A stretch of DNA of 64,000 nt. It comes from a bacterium (lineage in GTDB: Bacteria; JAGOBX01; DAONJL01). The DNA lies in NCBI GenBank assembly GCA_035405645.1, contig DAONJL010000009.1:5216-69215 (forward strand). Direction: 5' to 3'. Positions 50,808 to 59,676 of the stretch are shown piece by piece. A program made the translations under genes and the position numbers. The notes beneath the pieces are model-generated. The model did no database searches. It worked only from the letters and a program-made list of their open reading frames with translations, and was not told the DNA's origin. Numbering within the stretch: the stretch's first letter is position 1; each line of letters opens with the position of its first letter.

Positions 50808-52802
50808 ATGAAGAAAATAATAATTTTTCTATCACTATTAATATTATTCAATTTTGCCTGTTCTAAAAAAGATGAGAATATAATCAGGTTTTTATTTACT
50901 GGCGCAATTTCAGGAAAAATAGAAGAATGCGAAGATTGTGGCTATAAACCAGTTGGTGGTTTTGGCAGAATTAAATCTTTTTTTGAGAAATTAACAATAC
51001 CTGATAAAACAATTAAATTTGATTGTGGAAATATATTTAAAGATTATCAGGAAAATAAGCCTAATGATAATAATCTTAATCTAATAAAAAAATTTTTAAA
51101 AATTATAAATTATGATTTTTTTTCATTGGGAGTAAATGACAATCATAATGATTATCTTTCTTTAAATTCAGAAATATTATGTAGCAATATCATATTTAGA
51201 AATAATGAAAAGATAAAATCAGAAATTGAATATAAATTTAAAATTCATAATAATGAAATAATTATCAGATTTTTTTCTATATTTGAAGATAATGATTTTG
51301 ATACTAATTTTGAATATATAAAAAATAAATTATTAGATAAAGAAAATAAAAAAAAAATAAATGTTTTAATTGCAGCAATAGATTATAAAAAGATAAAAAA
51401 AATTTCAGAAAATTGTCCAAATATTAATTTTATTATCTGGTCATATAAACATAATGCATTATTAAATGAACGAAAAATAAATAATTCAATTTTATTAAGT
51501 CCTGGCATATTAGGGGAAACAGGCGGTCAACTTGATTTAATATTTGATGATAATGGTAAACTAATAAATTATAAAACTATATTGCATAGTTTATCAGCAG
51601 ATGATTTTGAGTATGATAAGAGTATAGCAAAAATAATAAATGAAGAATATTTAAAAGCAAATCAAGAAATAGATAAGAATGCAATAAAAAATTTTTATCT
51701 TGAAAAAGAAGTAGTAATTTTATTTTTTACAAGAATAGGTTGTAGGTGGTGTAAAAATGTAGATGAAATATTAAGAATAATAAAAAAAGAGAATCCAAAA
51801 ATAAAAGTAGTAAAATTATATGAAAATTCAACAAATATTAAATATCATAAATACTTTTCCAAAAAATTTAATTTTGATGAAAAAGAAAGTCTGCTTGTTC
51901 CTTTATTAATTATTGGTGATGATTATTTATTAAGTAATCAAATAAAAGTTCAGAGTATAATTGAGTTAATAAAAAAATATGCAAAAGAAGGCGCAAAATC
52001 ACCACTTGAAAATATCAGTTCTGAAGAATTAAAAACAATAACAAATGCCTTAATAAAAGAGTTTTCATTTTTCTCAATTTTTACAATTATTTTAGCAGGA
52101 TTAATCGATGGCATAAATCCGTGCGCATTCGTTACAATTTTATTTCTGATATCAGTAATTTATTTCAAATTAAATGAAAGATTAAAAATTTTAGTTATTG
52201 GTTTTTCTTTTATTGCTGGTGTTTTTATTATTTATTTTTTTATAGGACAAGGTATTTTGACTTTTATTTTTGATAATGATATTTATTATAAAATTTCTTT
52301 TATCTTAAATTTATCAATTGCAATTATTACTTTTTCATTAGGTATTTTATCTTTTTATGATGCAATAAATATAAAAAAAAGCAGAAATAAAGTATTTTTA
52401 CAATTGCCAATTTCATTAAAAAAATATTCACATTATTTTATAAGAAATATTTTTACAAAAAAATTTTTAATACTATTCAGTTTTTTAACAGGATGTATTA
52501 TATCTATTCTTGAATTTACCTGCACAGGACAGGTTTATTTACCAACATTAATTTTTATCAGAGAAGAATTTGGCTTTTTAAGTTCTGCTACTCTTTTTTT
52601 ATTTATATATAACCTGTTTTTTATTTTACCACTTTTACTTATTCTTTTATTTGCATATTTTGGTTTTTCAAGTGAACAATTAAATAAATTTTTTTCCCGC
52701 CATCTTGTATTAATTAAAATATTAACAGGTATTTTCTTCTTTTTTATTGGAATTTATTTATTTTATAATGGGCTACCATTTTTATTGGATTTTTATTTTT
52801 AA
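50808..52802 (+). CDS. Lipoprotein-anchored thioredoxin-like domain fused to a DsbD/CcdA-type transmembrane disulfide-reductase domain
   Basis: Lipobox NFAC. Thioredoxin motif GCRWCKN (CxxC). TM region with GINPCAF and a second Cys (FTCTGQ) as in the CcdA/DsbD beta domain. Confidence 0.6.
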   Translation: MKKIIIFLSLLILFNFACSKKDENIIRFLFTGAISGKIEECEDCGYKPVGGFGRIKSFFEKLTIPDKTIKFDCGNIFKDYQENKPNDNNLNLIKKFLKIINYDFFSLGVNDNHNDYLSLNSEILCSNIIFRNNEKIKSEIEYKFKIHNNEIIIRFFSIFEDNDFDTNFEYIKNKLLDKENKKKINVLIAAIDYKKIKKISENCPNINFIIWSYKHNALLNERKINNSILLSPGILGETGGQLDLIFDDNGKLINYKTILHSLSADDFEYDKSIAKIINEEYLKANQEIDKNAIKNFYLEKEVVILFFTRIGCRWCKNVDEILRIIKKENPKIKVVKLYENSTNIKYHKYFSKKFNFDEKESLLVPLLIIGDDYLLSNQIKVQSIIELIKKYAKEGAKSPLENISSEELKTITNALIKEFSFFSIFTIILAGLIDGINPCAFVTILFLISVIYFKLNERLKILVIGFSFIAGVFIIYFFIGQGILTFIFDNDIYYKISFILNLSIAIITFSLGILSFYDAINIKKSRNKVFLQLPISLKKYSHYFIRNIFTKKFLILFSFLTGCIISILEFTCTGQVYLPTLIFIREEFGFLSSATLFLFIYNLFFILPLLLILLFAYFGFSSEQLNKFFSRHLVLIKILTGIFFFFIGIYLFYNGLPFLLDFYF

Positions 52803-52817
52803 GGCTTTTAAAGAAAA

Positions 52818-52890
52818 TGGGCCCACGAGGATTTGAACCCCGGACCCGCCGGTTATGAGCCGGCTGCTCTGCCAACTGAGCTATGGGCCC
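52818..52890 (-). tRNA. tRNA with CAU anticodon (elongator Met or lysidine-modified Ile2)
   Basis: Reverse complement reads GGGCCCA-TA-GCTC-AGTTGGCA-GAGC-A-GCCGG-CTCATAA-CCGGC-GGGTC-CGGGG-TTCAAAT-CCTCG-TGGGCCC-A. C4-G69/C5-G68 are compatible with Ile2. The anticodon stem lacks the initiator GGG/CCC. Confidence 0.85.
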
Positions 52891-53503
52891 CTAAATAAAA
52901 ATTTTCTATTAAATATATATTAAATTATTTTAATTGTCAAGAATAAATTATTAAAAAATCAGAAAATATCCCAGACATGGTATACCCCTTTGCAGGATTA
53001 CGAATAGTAAGTAAAAAGAAATTAAAACAAATAAAAGAAATAATAAAAAGAAAAGGGAAAAAGAAATGAAAAAAAATAGTTATAAAAAATTAAAGGAACA
53101 CATAAAACATTTTTCAAAAAATTATATTGGAATTTTCAGTAATAAAAAATGCAAAAAACTTATGCAATGAATAATAAATATAGGACAAATAAAAAAATTT
53201 GAATTTGCGAAGTTTGCCTACCATTTTGCACGCCATCTTTTATTGTTTCAGCCTCTATTTTTATTGATTTTAACATAGTTTTATTGATATTTTTTACTGG
53301 AAGTTCCGTTTGAACATGAACTCTTAATTCGCATAATAATAAAAAAAATAATATTGTAAAAGACGAAAAAATTATTTTCTTTTTTTGTTTTCATTTTATG
53401 TTTTCCGATAACTGATTGCGGATAAAAGAAGTTGCCAAAGGCAATTTAGTCGGAGCGTAGCAAAGCCTTTTTTCCGCTGTTAGACGATGTCGCGCTTTCT
53501 TTC

Positions 53504-53728
53504 TCATCTCATTGCAGACAAAAATTCTTCAATCGTTAAACCAGCACGAGCAATAAGGGTTCTCAGAGTTCCTCTCGCCACTTCACGATGATCAGGGACA
53601 GACAATGTAGCAATATGTCCTTACTTTACAAGAATAATGTGACTACCTCGTTGCCTCGCTACTTTCCATCCCAGACATTCAAACACCTTTACAACTTCAC
53701 GCCCACTTAAAAGTGGAAGTTTCTGCAT
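53504..53728 (-). pseudogene. hicA: hicA toxin gene disrupted by an in-frame TAA
   Basis: The minus-strand frame reads MQKLPLLSGREVVKVFECLGWKVARQRGSHIILVK-stop(53621-53623)-GHIATLSVPDHREVARGTLRTLIARAGLTIEEFLSAMR. The same frame runs on both sides of the stop. The start overlaps the hicB stop (TAATG). Confidence 0.6.
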
Positions 53729-53934
53729 TAAGCTAATACCTCCACTTCGCGTATACTAACGGTGAGGGGCATACCTCTTTCGGCACGCACCTCAAGACAC
53801 TGCTTTATTGCGTCTTTGATATTCTCAAGTGCTTCTTGTTCGGTTTTGCCTTGGCTAACACATCCAGGAATAGAAGGACATTCTACTATAAACAACCCAT
53901 CCTCATCTCGATCCATTGTTACGATGAACTTCAT
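53728..53934 (-). CDS. hicB: HicB-family antitoxin (UPF0150)
   Basis: MKFIVTMDRDEDGLFIVECPSIPGCVSQGKTEQEALENIKDAIKQCLEV is the typical HicB N-domain. AAGGAGG SD upstream. 68 aa. Confidence 0.7.
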   Translation of the reverse strand: MKFIVTMDRDEDGLFIVECPSIPGCVSQGKTEQEALENIKDAIKQCLEVRAERGMPLTVSIREVEVLA

Positions 53935-53991
53935 GACCTATCCTCCTTTTTATTAACTTCTTTCAAAAGCCCAATATCGCCTAACTCGTTT

Positions 53992-54056
53992 GTATCCGAA
54001 TACGATTCGGATATACTTCTAATTTTTTGGAAGATATCCGAAGTATTTCGGATATC
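53992..54056. promoter_or_regulatory. Two tandem palindromic sites sharing ATCCGAA...TTCGGAT cores (putative operators) in the int-hicB intergenic region
   Basis: IR1 is TATCCGAAT-acg-ATTCGGATA (53993-54013). IR2 is GATATCCGAA-gtat-TTCGGATATC (54033-54056, perfect 10-bp arms). The centres are ~41 bp apart. Confidence 0.4.
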
Positions 54057-54109
54057 CCGCTCTAATTTTAGAAAAAAGCCTTTCATTATTAATTTTTTAT
54101 TATTTATCA

Positions 54110-54841
54110 CTATTTTCTTTTAGATTTAAAGTGTCTAAAGGACTTAATTTTCCCAATGCTTTTGGAATTGACATTAGTATAAATCTCGGTTGTTTTGCTG
54201 TCTTTATTATCTAATAAATTTTGAAGGTATCTTAAATCCGTGCCTCCCTCCAACAAATGAGTATCTAAACTATGCCCTATGAAATGTACTGAGCTTTCCT
54301 TCAGAAAGTTATCTTTTTCACAGGATTGTTCTAATATTTTTTCGACTGCTCTTGTTGAAATATATCTTCTATCCCTTACACCTTCAAAAAGCCACTTGCC
54401 AGGTTTAAATAATTGCCAATGTTTCCGTAAAATTTTTAATGCTGTCTCTGAAAGCATAATATATCTGTTTTTCCTTCCCTTAGACACTTTAATAGGTATT
54501 AACATCTTTTCGCTGTTAATGTCTTCAATTTTTAATTTTATCACTTCCCTAACCATTAGTCCAGCGAAAAAAACAAGAATCAGGATTGCTTTGAGTTTTA
54601 CATTATCTACTGATGAGAAAATTTTTGCAACTTCTTCTTTGCTCAAAACAACAGGCTGTTTCTTATCTTTGTGAAGTCTTTTTATATCATAAATAAATTT
54701 ACGCTTCTGCATTGTGCCATAATAAAACTTCTGAGCATTTATTGATTGTCTGTGCGAAACACGCAGATAGGTCTGATTCAATGTTGATGTTGCTGATTGT
54801 TTATTTTCTGCAAGATAAACAATTATTTTTATTTTTTGCAT
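54110..54841 (-). CDS. Short tyrosine recombinase/integrase, probably catalytically degenerate
   Basis: Box II-like HFIGHSLDTHLLEGGTDLRYLQNLLDNKDSKTTEIYTNV aligns to HxLRHxxAT...LGH...YxH. Arg II reads Gly, His II reads Asn and the Tyr is retained. Only 243 aa. Confidence 0.65.
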   Translation of the reverse strand: MQKIKIIVYLAENKQSATSTLNQTYLRVSHRQSINAQKFYYGTMQKRKFIYDIKRLHKDKKQPVVLSKEEVAKIFSSVDNVKLKAILILVFFAGLMVREVIKLKIEDINSEKMLIPIKVSKGRKNRYIMLSETALKILRKHWQLFKPGKWLFEGVRDRRYISTRAVEKILEQSCEKDNFLKESSVHFIGHSLDTHLLEGGTDLRYLQNLLDNKDSKTTEIYTNVNSKSIGKIKSFRHFKSKRK

Positions 54842-55027
54842 ATTTAATTAAAATATACATATTTTTTTTCTCTTTTGTCAAGTTTGTTTTCTGCATAAAT
54901 CAGAAAAGAATAAACAGATGATGTAACACAAAAATAGTAAAAAATAAATATACTAAATAATAAAATATGGTCTCATCACAAAAATTATATGACAAATAAT
55001 TAATCTAAACTCCACTAAATATATTAA

Positions 55028-56218
55028 TTATTTACAAAAAAGTTTATATAAATTATAATAATTATTTGCGATTATTTCCCAATCATATTTTTCTATTACT
55101 TTTTCTCTATTCTTTTTGCCTATATATTTTCTATACTCTTCTTCTTTTATAAGTTTAATAATTTTATTTGCTAAATCATTTATATTTTTTGGTTCAATCA
55201 GAATTTTTTTATTTTCATCTGAAATAACTTCTGGAGCGCCACCGCAATTAAATAAAATAACAGGTAATTCAGTAGCCATTGCTTCAACTATACTTAAACC
55301 AAAAGGTTCACCTAATGCTGGATGACAATAAATATCAGCATTTTGATAAAAATCAAGTGTTTGATTGTGTGGTAAAAAACCAACAAAAGTAACATTATCT
55401 GAAAGATTTGAATTTATAACTTTTTGTCTAAAAAAAAATTCATCAGGACCAGAACCAACAATATTTAATTTAAAATTTGTTATACCTTTTTCTTTAACTA
55501 TTTTTAAAGCATCAATTAAATAATGAATCCCTTTTCTTCGGACTAAATAAACAGTGCTTAATAAAATAATTTCTTCTTTTTTTTCTTTATTTTGCAATGG
55601 TTTAAAATATTCACTATCAACGCCAACAGGAATTTCAATAGTTTTATTATGAAATTCTTGTGGTAAAAATTTTTTTACACTGTCCAAAGTTAGCACTATT
55701 TTATCAGCATTAGATAAAAATTTATTAAATAATTTTTTTGTGATTTTATTATTTAATCTAATTAATCTATATTGAATTTTATTAAAAAAAGTTAGTTGAT
55801 TGGGAAATTGAAAATTTTCACCATATTCATCTTCCAGCCAGGGAAAAAATACAGGGCCAATAATAAAAGGCTTTTTAAAAAACAAAGAAAAAGATTGGTT
55901 GAAATTAACAGGCATCATAAAATGAAAAATATCAAAATGTTTTTTAGTTAATAATTTACGGCATTTTAAATAAAGATTAATTGAATATTTCCACCAATTA
56001 AATTTATAAGTAAATTCATCAGGAGCAGGAAAAAATTTATATTTTCCAATTTCATAAAATTCACAATCTGGTTTTTCTATTAAATCAATATTTGGTGCTA
56101 ATACAGTTAAATTACATTTCTTTGCTAATCTTTTAATTATTTCATAAGCAATAATACCTTCACCAGCAGGTTTATTATCAGTCAAATATAAGGAAGCAGA
56201 TAAAATTAAGACATTCAT
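55028..56218 (-). CDS. GT4-family glycosyltransferase
   Basis: C-terminal EPFGLSIVEAMATELPVI is the E-x7-E retaining-GT motif. 396 aa. Confidence 0.7.
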   Translation of the reverse strand: MNVLILSASLYLTDNKPAGEGIIAYEIIKRLAKKCNLTVLAPNIDLIEKPDCEFYEIGKYKFFPAPDEFTYKFNWWKYSINLYLKCRKLLTKKHFDIFHFMMPVNFNQSFSLFFKKPFIIGPVFFPWLEDEYGENFQFPNQLTFFNKIQYRLIRLNNKITKKLFNKFLSNADKIVLTLDSVKKFLPQEFHNKTIEIPVGVDSEYFKPLQNKEKKEEIILLSTVYLVRRKGIHYLIDALKIVKEKGITNFKLNIVGSGPDEFFFRQKVINSNLSDNVTFVGFLPHNQTLDFYQNADIYCHPALGEPFGLSIVEAMATELPVILFNCGGAPEVISDENKKILIEPKNINDLANKIIKLIKEEEYRKYIGKKNREKVIEKYDWEIIANNYYNLYKLFCK

Positions 56219-57066
56219 TTAATTTTACTTGCAAGAAGATTTGTAATAATTTCAATATCAGGTTCAATATTAGAAAAAATTTGAAATTGTTTTTGTGCTT
56301 GAAATTTAAACATATCAAGACCAGAAATAATTTTGCATTTTTTTTCTTCTGCAAATTGTAATAATTTTGTTTTAATTGGATTATATACAACATCAAAAAC
56401 AATTTTATTTTCAGGTAATAAATCAAAAGGAATAGGTGATTCATCTATTTTTGGACTCATTCCAATTGGAGAAGTATTTATAATAATATCAGCATCGAAT
56501 AAAGAATTTTTTAAAGAAATGTCATTTATTATGTAACCAGAAGAATAAGTATTTGAAAATAATTTAATTAAATTTAACAAATCATTTATTTCATCTAACT
56601 TAATGCCTAAAATTTTTATCTCATTAATTTTATAATTAGAAATTAAAGCGCTAATAACAGCGCGGCAAGCACCACCACTACCAATAATAACTATTTTTTT
56701 ATTATTGCAATCAACATTATGAATTTGAAAAGATTTAAAAACACCAAAAACATCAGTATTATAACCAATTAAAAAATTATTATTATTTTTAATAGTATTA
56801 ACAGCACCAACAATTTTAACTGATTCGTCGAGTTCATCTAAATATTCAAGAACAGAAACTTTATTAGGAATAGTAACACTAAAGCCTTGAATACCTAAAC
56901 TTTTCATTCCAGCAATAGCATTTTTAACATCATCAGTTTCAAAAGCAAGATAAACAGCATTTAATTTATAATGCTGAAATAAATAGTTATGTAAATAAGG
57001 CGATAAAGAATGCCCAATTGGTTTCCCAATAATTCCAAATAAAAAAGTTTTTGTATTTATATCCAT
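56215..57066 (-). CDS. aroE: Shikimate dehydrogenase
   Basis: FGIIGKPIGHSLSPYLHN substrate-binding block. GSGGACRAV NADP-binding glycine loop. Start trimmed to the MDINTKTF Met. Confidence 0.75.
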   Translation of the reverse strand: MDINTKTFLFGIIGKPIGHSLSPYLHNYLFQHYKLNAVYLAFETDDVKNAIAGMKSLGIQGFSVTIPNKVSVLEYLDELDESVKIVGAVNTIKNNNNFLIGYNTDVFGVFKSFQIHNVDCNNKKIVIIGSGGACRAVISALISNYKINEIKILGIKLDEINDLLNLIKLFSNTYSSGYIINDISLKNSLFDADIIINTSPIGMSPKIDESPIPFDLLPENKIVFDVVYNPIKTKLLQFAEEKKCKIISGLDMFKFQAQKQFQIFSNIEPDIEIITNLLASKIK

Positions 57067-57070
57067 AAAA

Positions 57071-57817
57071 TTAATTATAAAATAACGCAGTAAGCAAATA
57101 GTCAAATAAAAAAATTAACATACAGGAAGAAACAACAGAAAAAATAGTAGCTTTACCAACGCCCTGAGCGCCTTCTTCTGTTTTAAAACCGCAATAACAA
57201 CCAATAATTGTAATAATCTGAGCAAAAATAAAAGATTTAAAAAGACCAGTAAGAATATCATTTTGACTTAATGCCCAAAAAGTTCTGTCTAAAAAAAGAG
57301 TTCGATTTATACCAAGTTTAATAGTGCCAATAATAAAAGCACCAAAAAAACCAATAAAATCAGCATAAATAGTTAAAACAGGTAGCATAATAGTAACAGC
57401 GATTAAACGAGGAGTTACGAGATAATCAATAGGGTCAACAGCCATAGCTTCGAGTGCTTCTATTTGTTCAGTAACTTTCATACTACCAATTTGAGCAGTA
57501 ATACCAGCACCAATTCGACCAGCAACCATTAAAGCAGTAAAAACAGGACCAAGTTCACGAGCAAAAGAAATAGCGACAATAGCACCAATATAAATATCAG
57601 CGCCAAATTTTCTTAATTCAGTTGCTGATTGAAAAGCCATTACCATACCAGAAAATAAAGCAGTAAAAGAAACAATAGGCAAAGAATTAATACCAAGTAA
57701 AATAATTTGTTCTTTAATTATATTTAATCTAATTTTTTTAGTAAAAGCAATTTTAATTGAAGATAAATATAAAAGAAAAATTTCACCAATAATAATTAAA
57801 TACTTTTTATAATTCAT
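57071..57817 (-). CDS. mlaE: MlaE-type ABC transporter permease
   Basis: Five to six TM helices with the MlaE/TIGR00056 block VSFTALFSGMVMAFQSATELRKFGA...ALEAMAVDP. Confidence 0.7.
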   Translation of the reverse strand: MNYKKYLIIIGEIFLLYLSSIKIAFTKKIRLNIIKEQIILLGINSLPIVSFTALFSGMVMAFQSATELRKFGADIYIGAIVAISFARELGPVFTALMVAGRIGAGITAQIGSMKVTEQIEALEAMAVDPIDYLVTPRLIAVTIMLPVLTIYADFIGFFGAFIIGTIKLGINRTLFLDRTFWALSQNDILTGLFKSFIFAQIITIIGCYCGFKTEEGAQGVGKATIFSVVSSCMLIFLFDYLLTALFYN

Positions 57818-57819
57818 TA

Positions 57820-59208
57820 TTAATCTTCATAATAAGTACTTTCATAAGATGGTTCAGAAGTTTTCTTTTCTAAATTTTCAAAAGAAGCATAATCTTTAAG
57901 GAACGCGAGTTCAATCATACCTGTTGGTCCATTACGATGTTTTTCAATTAATAGTTTTGCAATACCTTTTTCCTGCGATTCATCTTTATAATAATATTCA
58001 TCACGATAAATAAAAATAACTAAATCAGCATCCTGTTCAATAGCACCAGATTCACGCAAATCAGAGAGCATTGGGATTGGCGGTTTTCTATTTTCAACTG
58101 ACCTATTTAATTGTGACAATGCAATAATTGGTATTTTTAATTCGCGTGCTAAATTTTTTAATGCTCTTGAAATAAAGGAAATATCTTGCTGCCTACTTTC
58201 TGTTTTTGTTGGAACTTCAAGTAATTGCAAATAATCAACAACGATAAGTTGAATATTCTGCTCTTTTTTTAATCTTCTTGCAATTGATTGTAATTCTAAA
58301 ATTGAAATACCCGGTCTATCAACAATAAACAAAGGAATTTGTGATAATTCATCAATAGTTAAAATTAATCTTTGCCATTCGTGTTGGTCAAGTGAACCAT
58401 CACGAATTCTTTTTAAATTTAATCTTGCAGAGTGTGAAATAAAACGCATTACAACCTGTTCATCAGACATTTCTAAACTAAAAATAGCAACACCTTTTTT
58501 ATCTTTTTGTTCGCGTTCCTGTTTTGCAACATTATAGGCAATATTCAAACCAAAACTTGTTTTACCCATACCAGGTCTCGCAGCGATAATAATTAAATCA
58601 GATGGCTGAAGTCCAGAAGTTATTTTATCTAATTCTGTATAATTTGTTTTTATTCCTGTTACTTCACGCTTTTTTGTATATAAATCTTCTATCTTTTTTA
58701 ATAATGGTTCTAAAACATCATTAATACTAATATAACCTTTTCTTAATTGCTTATTTGCTAATTCAAAAATTTCTAATTCAGCAAGTTGTAATAATCTTTC
58801 AGCGTCAAGTTCCTCACTATAAGATTTATTTTGAATTTCATTACTAACTTTTATAAGTTCACGCAAAATTGCTTTATCACGAACTATTTTTGCATATTCT
58901 TCAACATTTACAATAGAAGGTAAAATATCAGCCAAACTCACTAAATAAACAGAGCCACCTATTTTTTCTAAATTACCATTTTTTTCAAGTTCTTCTGCAA
59001 TTGTTAAAGCATCAATAGCTTTTTTTTCTGAGTATAAATTTAAAATTGTTTTGTAAATAATCTTATGATTATCTTTATAAAAATATTCTTCTGATGGAAT
59101 ATAATCGATTATTTTTTCAATACAATTTTCATTAATAAAAATAGCACCTAATACTGACTGCTCTGCTTCAATAGAATGTGGTGGTATGCGTTCAAAATTT
59201 GCTGACAT
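57820..59208 (-). CDS. dnaB: Replicative DNA helicase
   Basis: PHSIEAEQSVLGAIF N-terminus. Walker A AARPGMGKTSF. RecA-like C-domain. 462 aa. Confidence 0.9.
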   Translation of the reverse strand: MSANFERIPPHSIEAEQSVLGAIFINENCIEKIIDYIPSEEYFYKDNHKIIYKTILNLYSEKKAIDALTIAEELEKNGNLEKIGGSVYLVSLADILPSIVNVEEYAKIVRDKAILRELIKVSNEIQNKSYSEELDAERLLQLAELEIFELANKQLRKGYISINDVLEPLLKKIEDLYTKKREVTGIKTNYTELDKITSGLQPSDLIIIAARPGMGKTSFGLNIAYNVAKQEREQKDKKGVAIFSLEMSDEQVVMRFISHSARLNLKRIRDGSLDQHEWQRLILTIDELSQIPLFIVDRPGISILELQSIARRLKKEQNIQLIVVDYLQLLEVPTKTESRQQDISFISRALKNLARELKIPIIALSQLNRSVENRKPPIPMLSDLRESGAIEQDADLVIFIYRDEYYYKDESQEKGIAKLLIEKHRNGPTGMIELAFLKDYASFENLEKKTSEPSYESTYYED

Positions 59209-59211
59209 TAT

Positions 59212-59658
59212 TTATTCTTTCTCAACAATTAATTTAATCGTTGTTTTAATATCCTGAAATAAATTAATATCAACTTCATAATTACCAAGAATTTTAATAT
59301 GGTCTTTAAATTTTATTTGTTTCTTATTTTCTATTGTTATTCCTTTTTCTTTTAATGCATCAATAATATCTTTTTCTGAAACAGAACCAAAAATTTTACC
59401 ATCCTCACCTGCTTTTCGTTTTATTGTTAATACCATTGCTGCCATTGTTTCGGCTAATTCTTTTGCTTTTAATTCACTCATTTTCATTTTCTTTATTTTA
59501 ACTTTTTTTATTTCTTCAAATTTTTTTAAATTACCTTCTGTTTTTATTAATGCTAAATTATTTGGCAATAAATAATTTCTTGCAAAACCATCTTTCACTT
59601 TAACTATATCACCAAATTTACCTAATTTTTTTACATCATCAAGAAGAATAACTTCCAT
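59212..59658 (-). CDS. rplI: 50S ribosomal protein L9
   Basis: MEVILLDDVKKLGKFGDIVKVKDGFARNYLLP. Confidence 0.85.
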   Translation of the reverse strand: MEVILLDDVKKLGKFGDIVKVKDGFARNYLLPNNLALIKTEGNLKKFEEIKKVKIKKMKMSELKAKELAETMAAMVLTIKRKAGEDGKIFGSVSEKDIIDALKEKGITIENKKQIKFKDHIKILGNYEVDINLFQDIKTTIKLIVEKE

Positions 59659-59676
59659 TTTTTGCCTCCTTTAAAT

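Larger units (their letters stand above)
52891..54841. mobile_element. Degenerate integrative-element remnant next to the tRNA(CAT): noncoding AT-rich spacer, hicA pseudogene, hicB, tandem palindromic operators and a short tyrosine recombinase
   Basis: GC content is visibly higher than background over ~53.5-54.1 kb. An integrase sits next to the tRNA and a TA module is present. No flanking direct repeat was found by eye. Confidence 0.4.

Noticed and set aside
53281-53394. 37-aa minus-strand ORF (MKTKKENNFFVFYNIIFFIIMRIKSSCSNG...) in the tRNA-hicA spacer
   Set aside because: It is very short, has no convincing lipobox context or RBS, and could be a chance ORF in AT-rich DNA. It is noted only as a possible gene fragment.
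53441-53456. GGAGCGTAGCAAAG resembling the 5' end of tRNA-Gln (GGAGCGTAGCCAAA) as a possible att remnant
   Set aside because: It is only ~13 nt with an indel. That is too short to distinguish from chance, and the rest of the tRNA is not matched.
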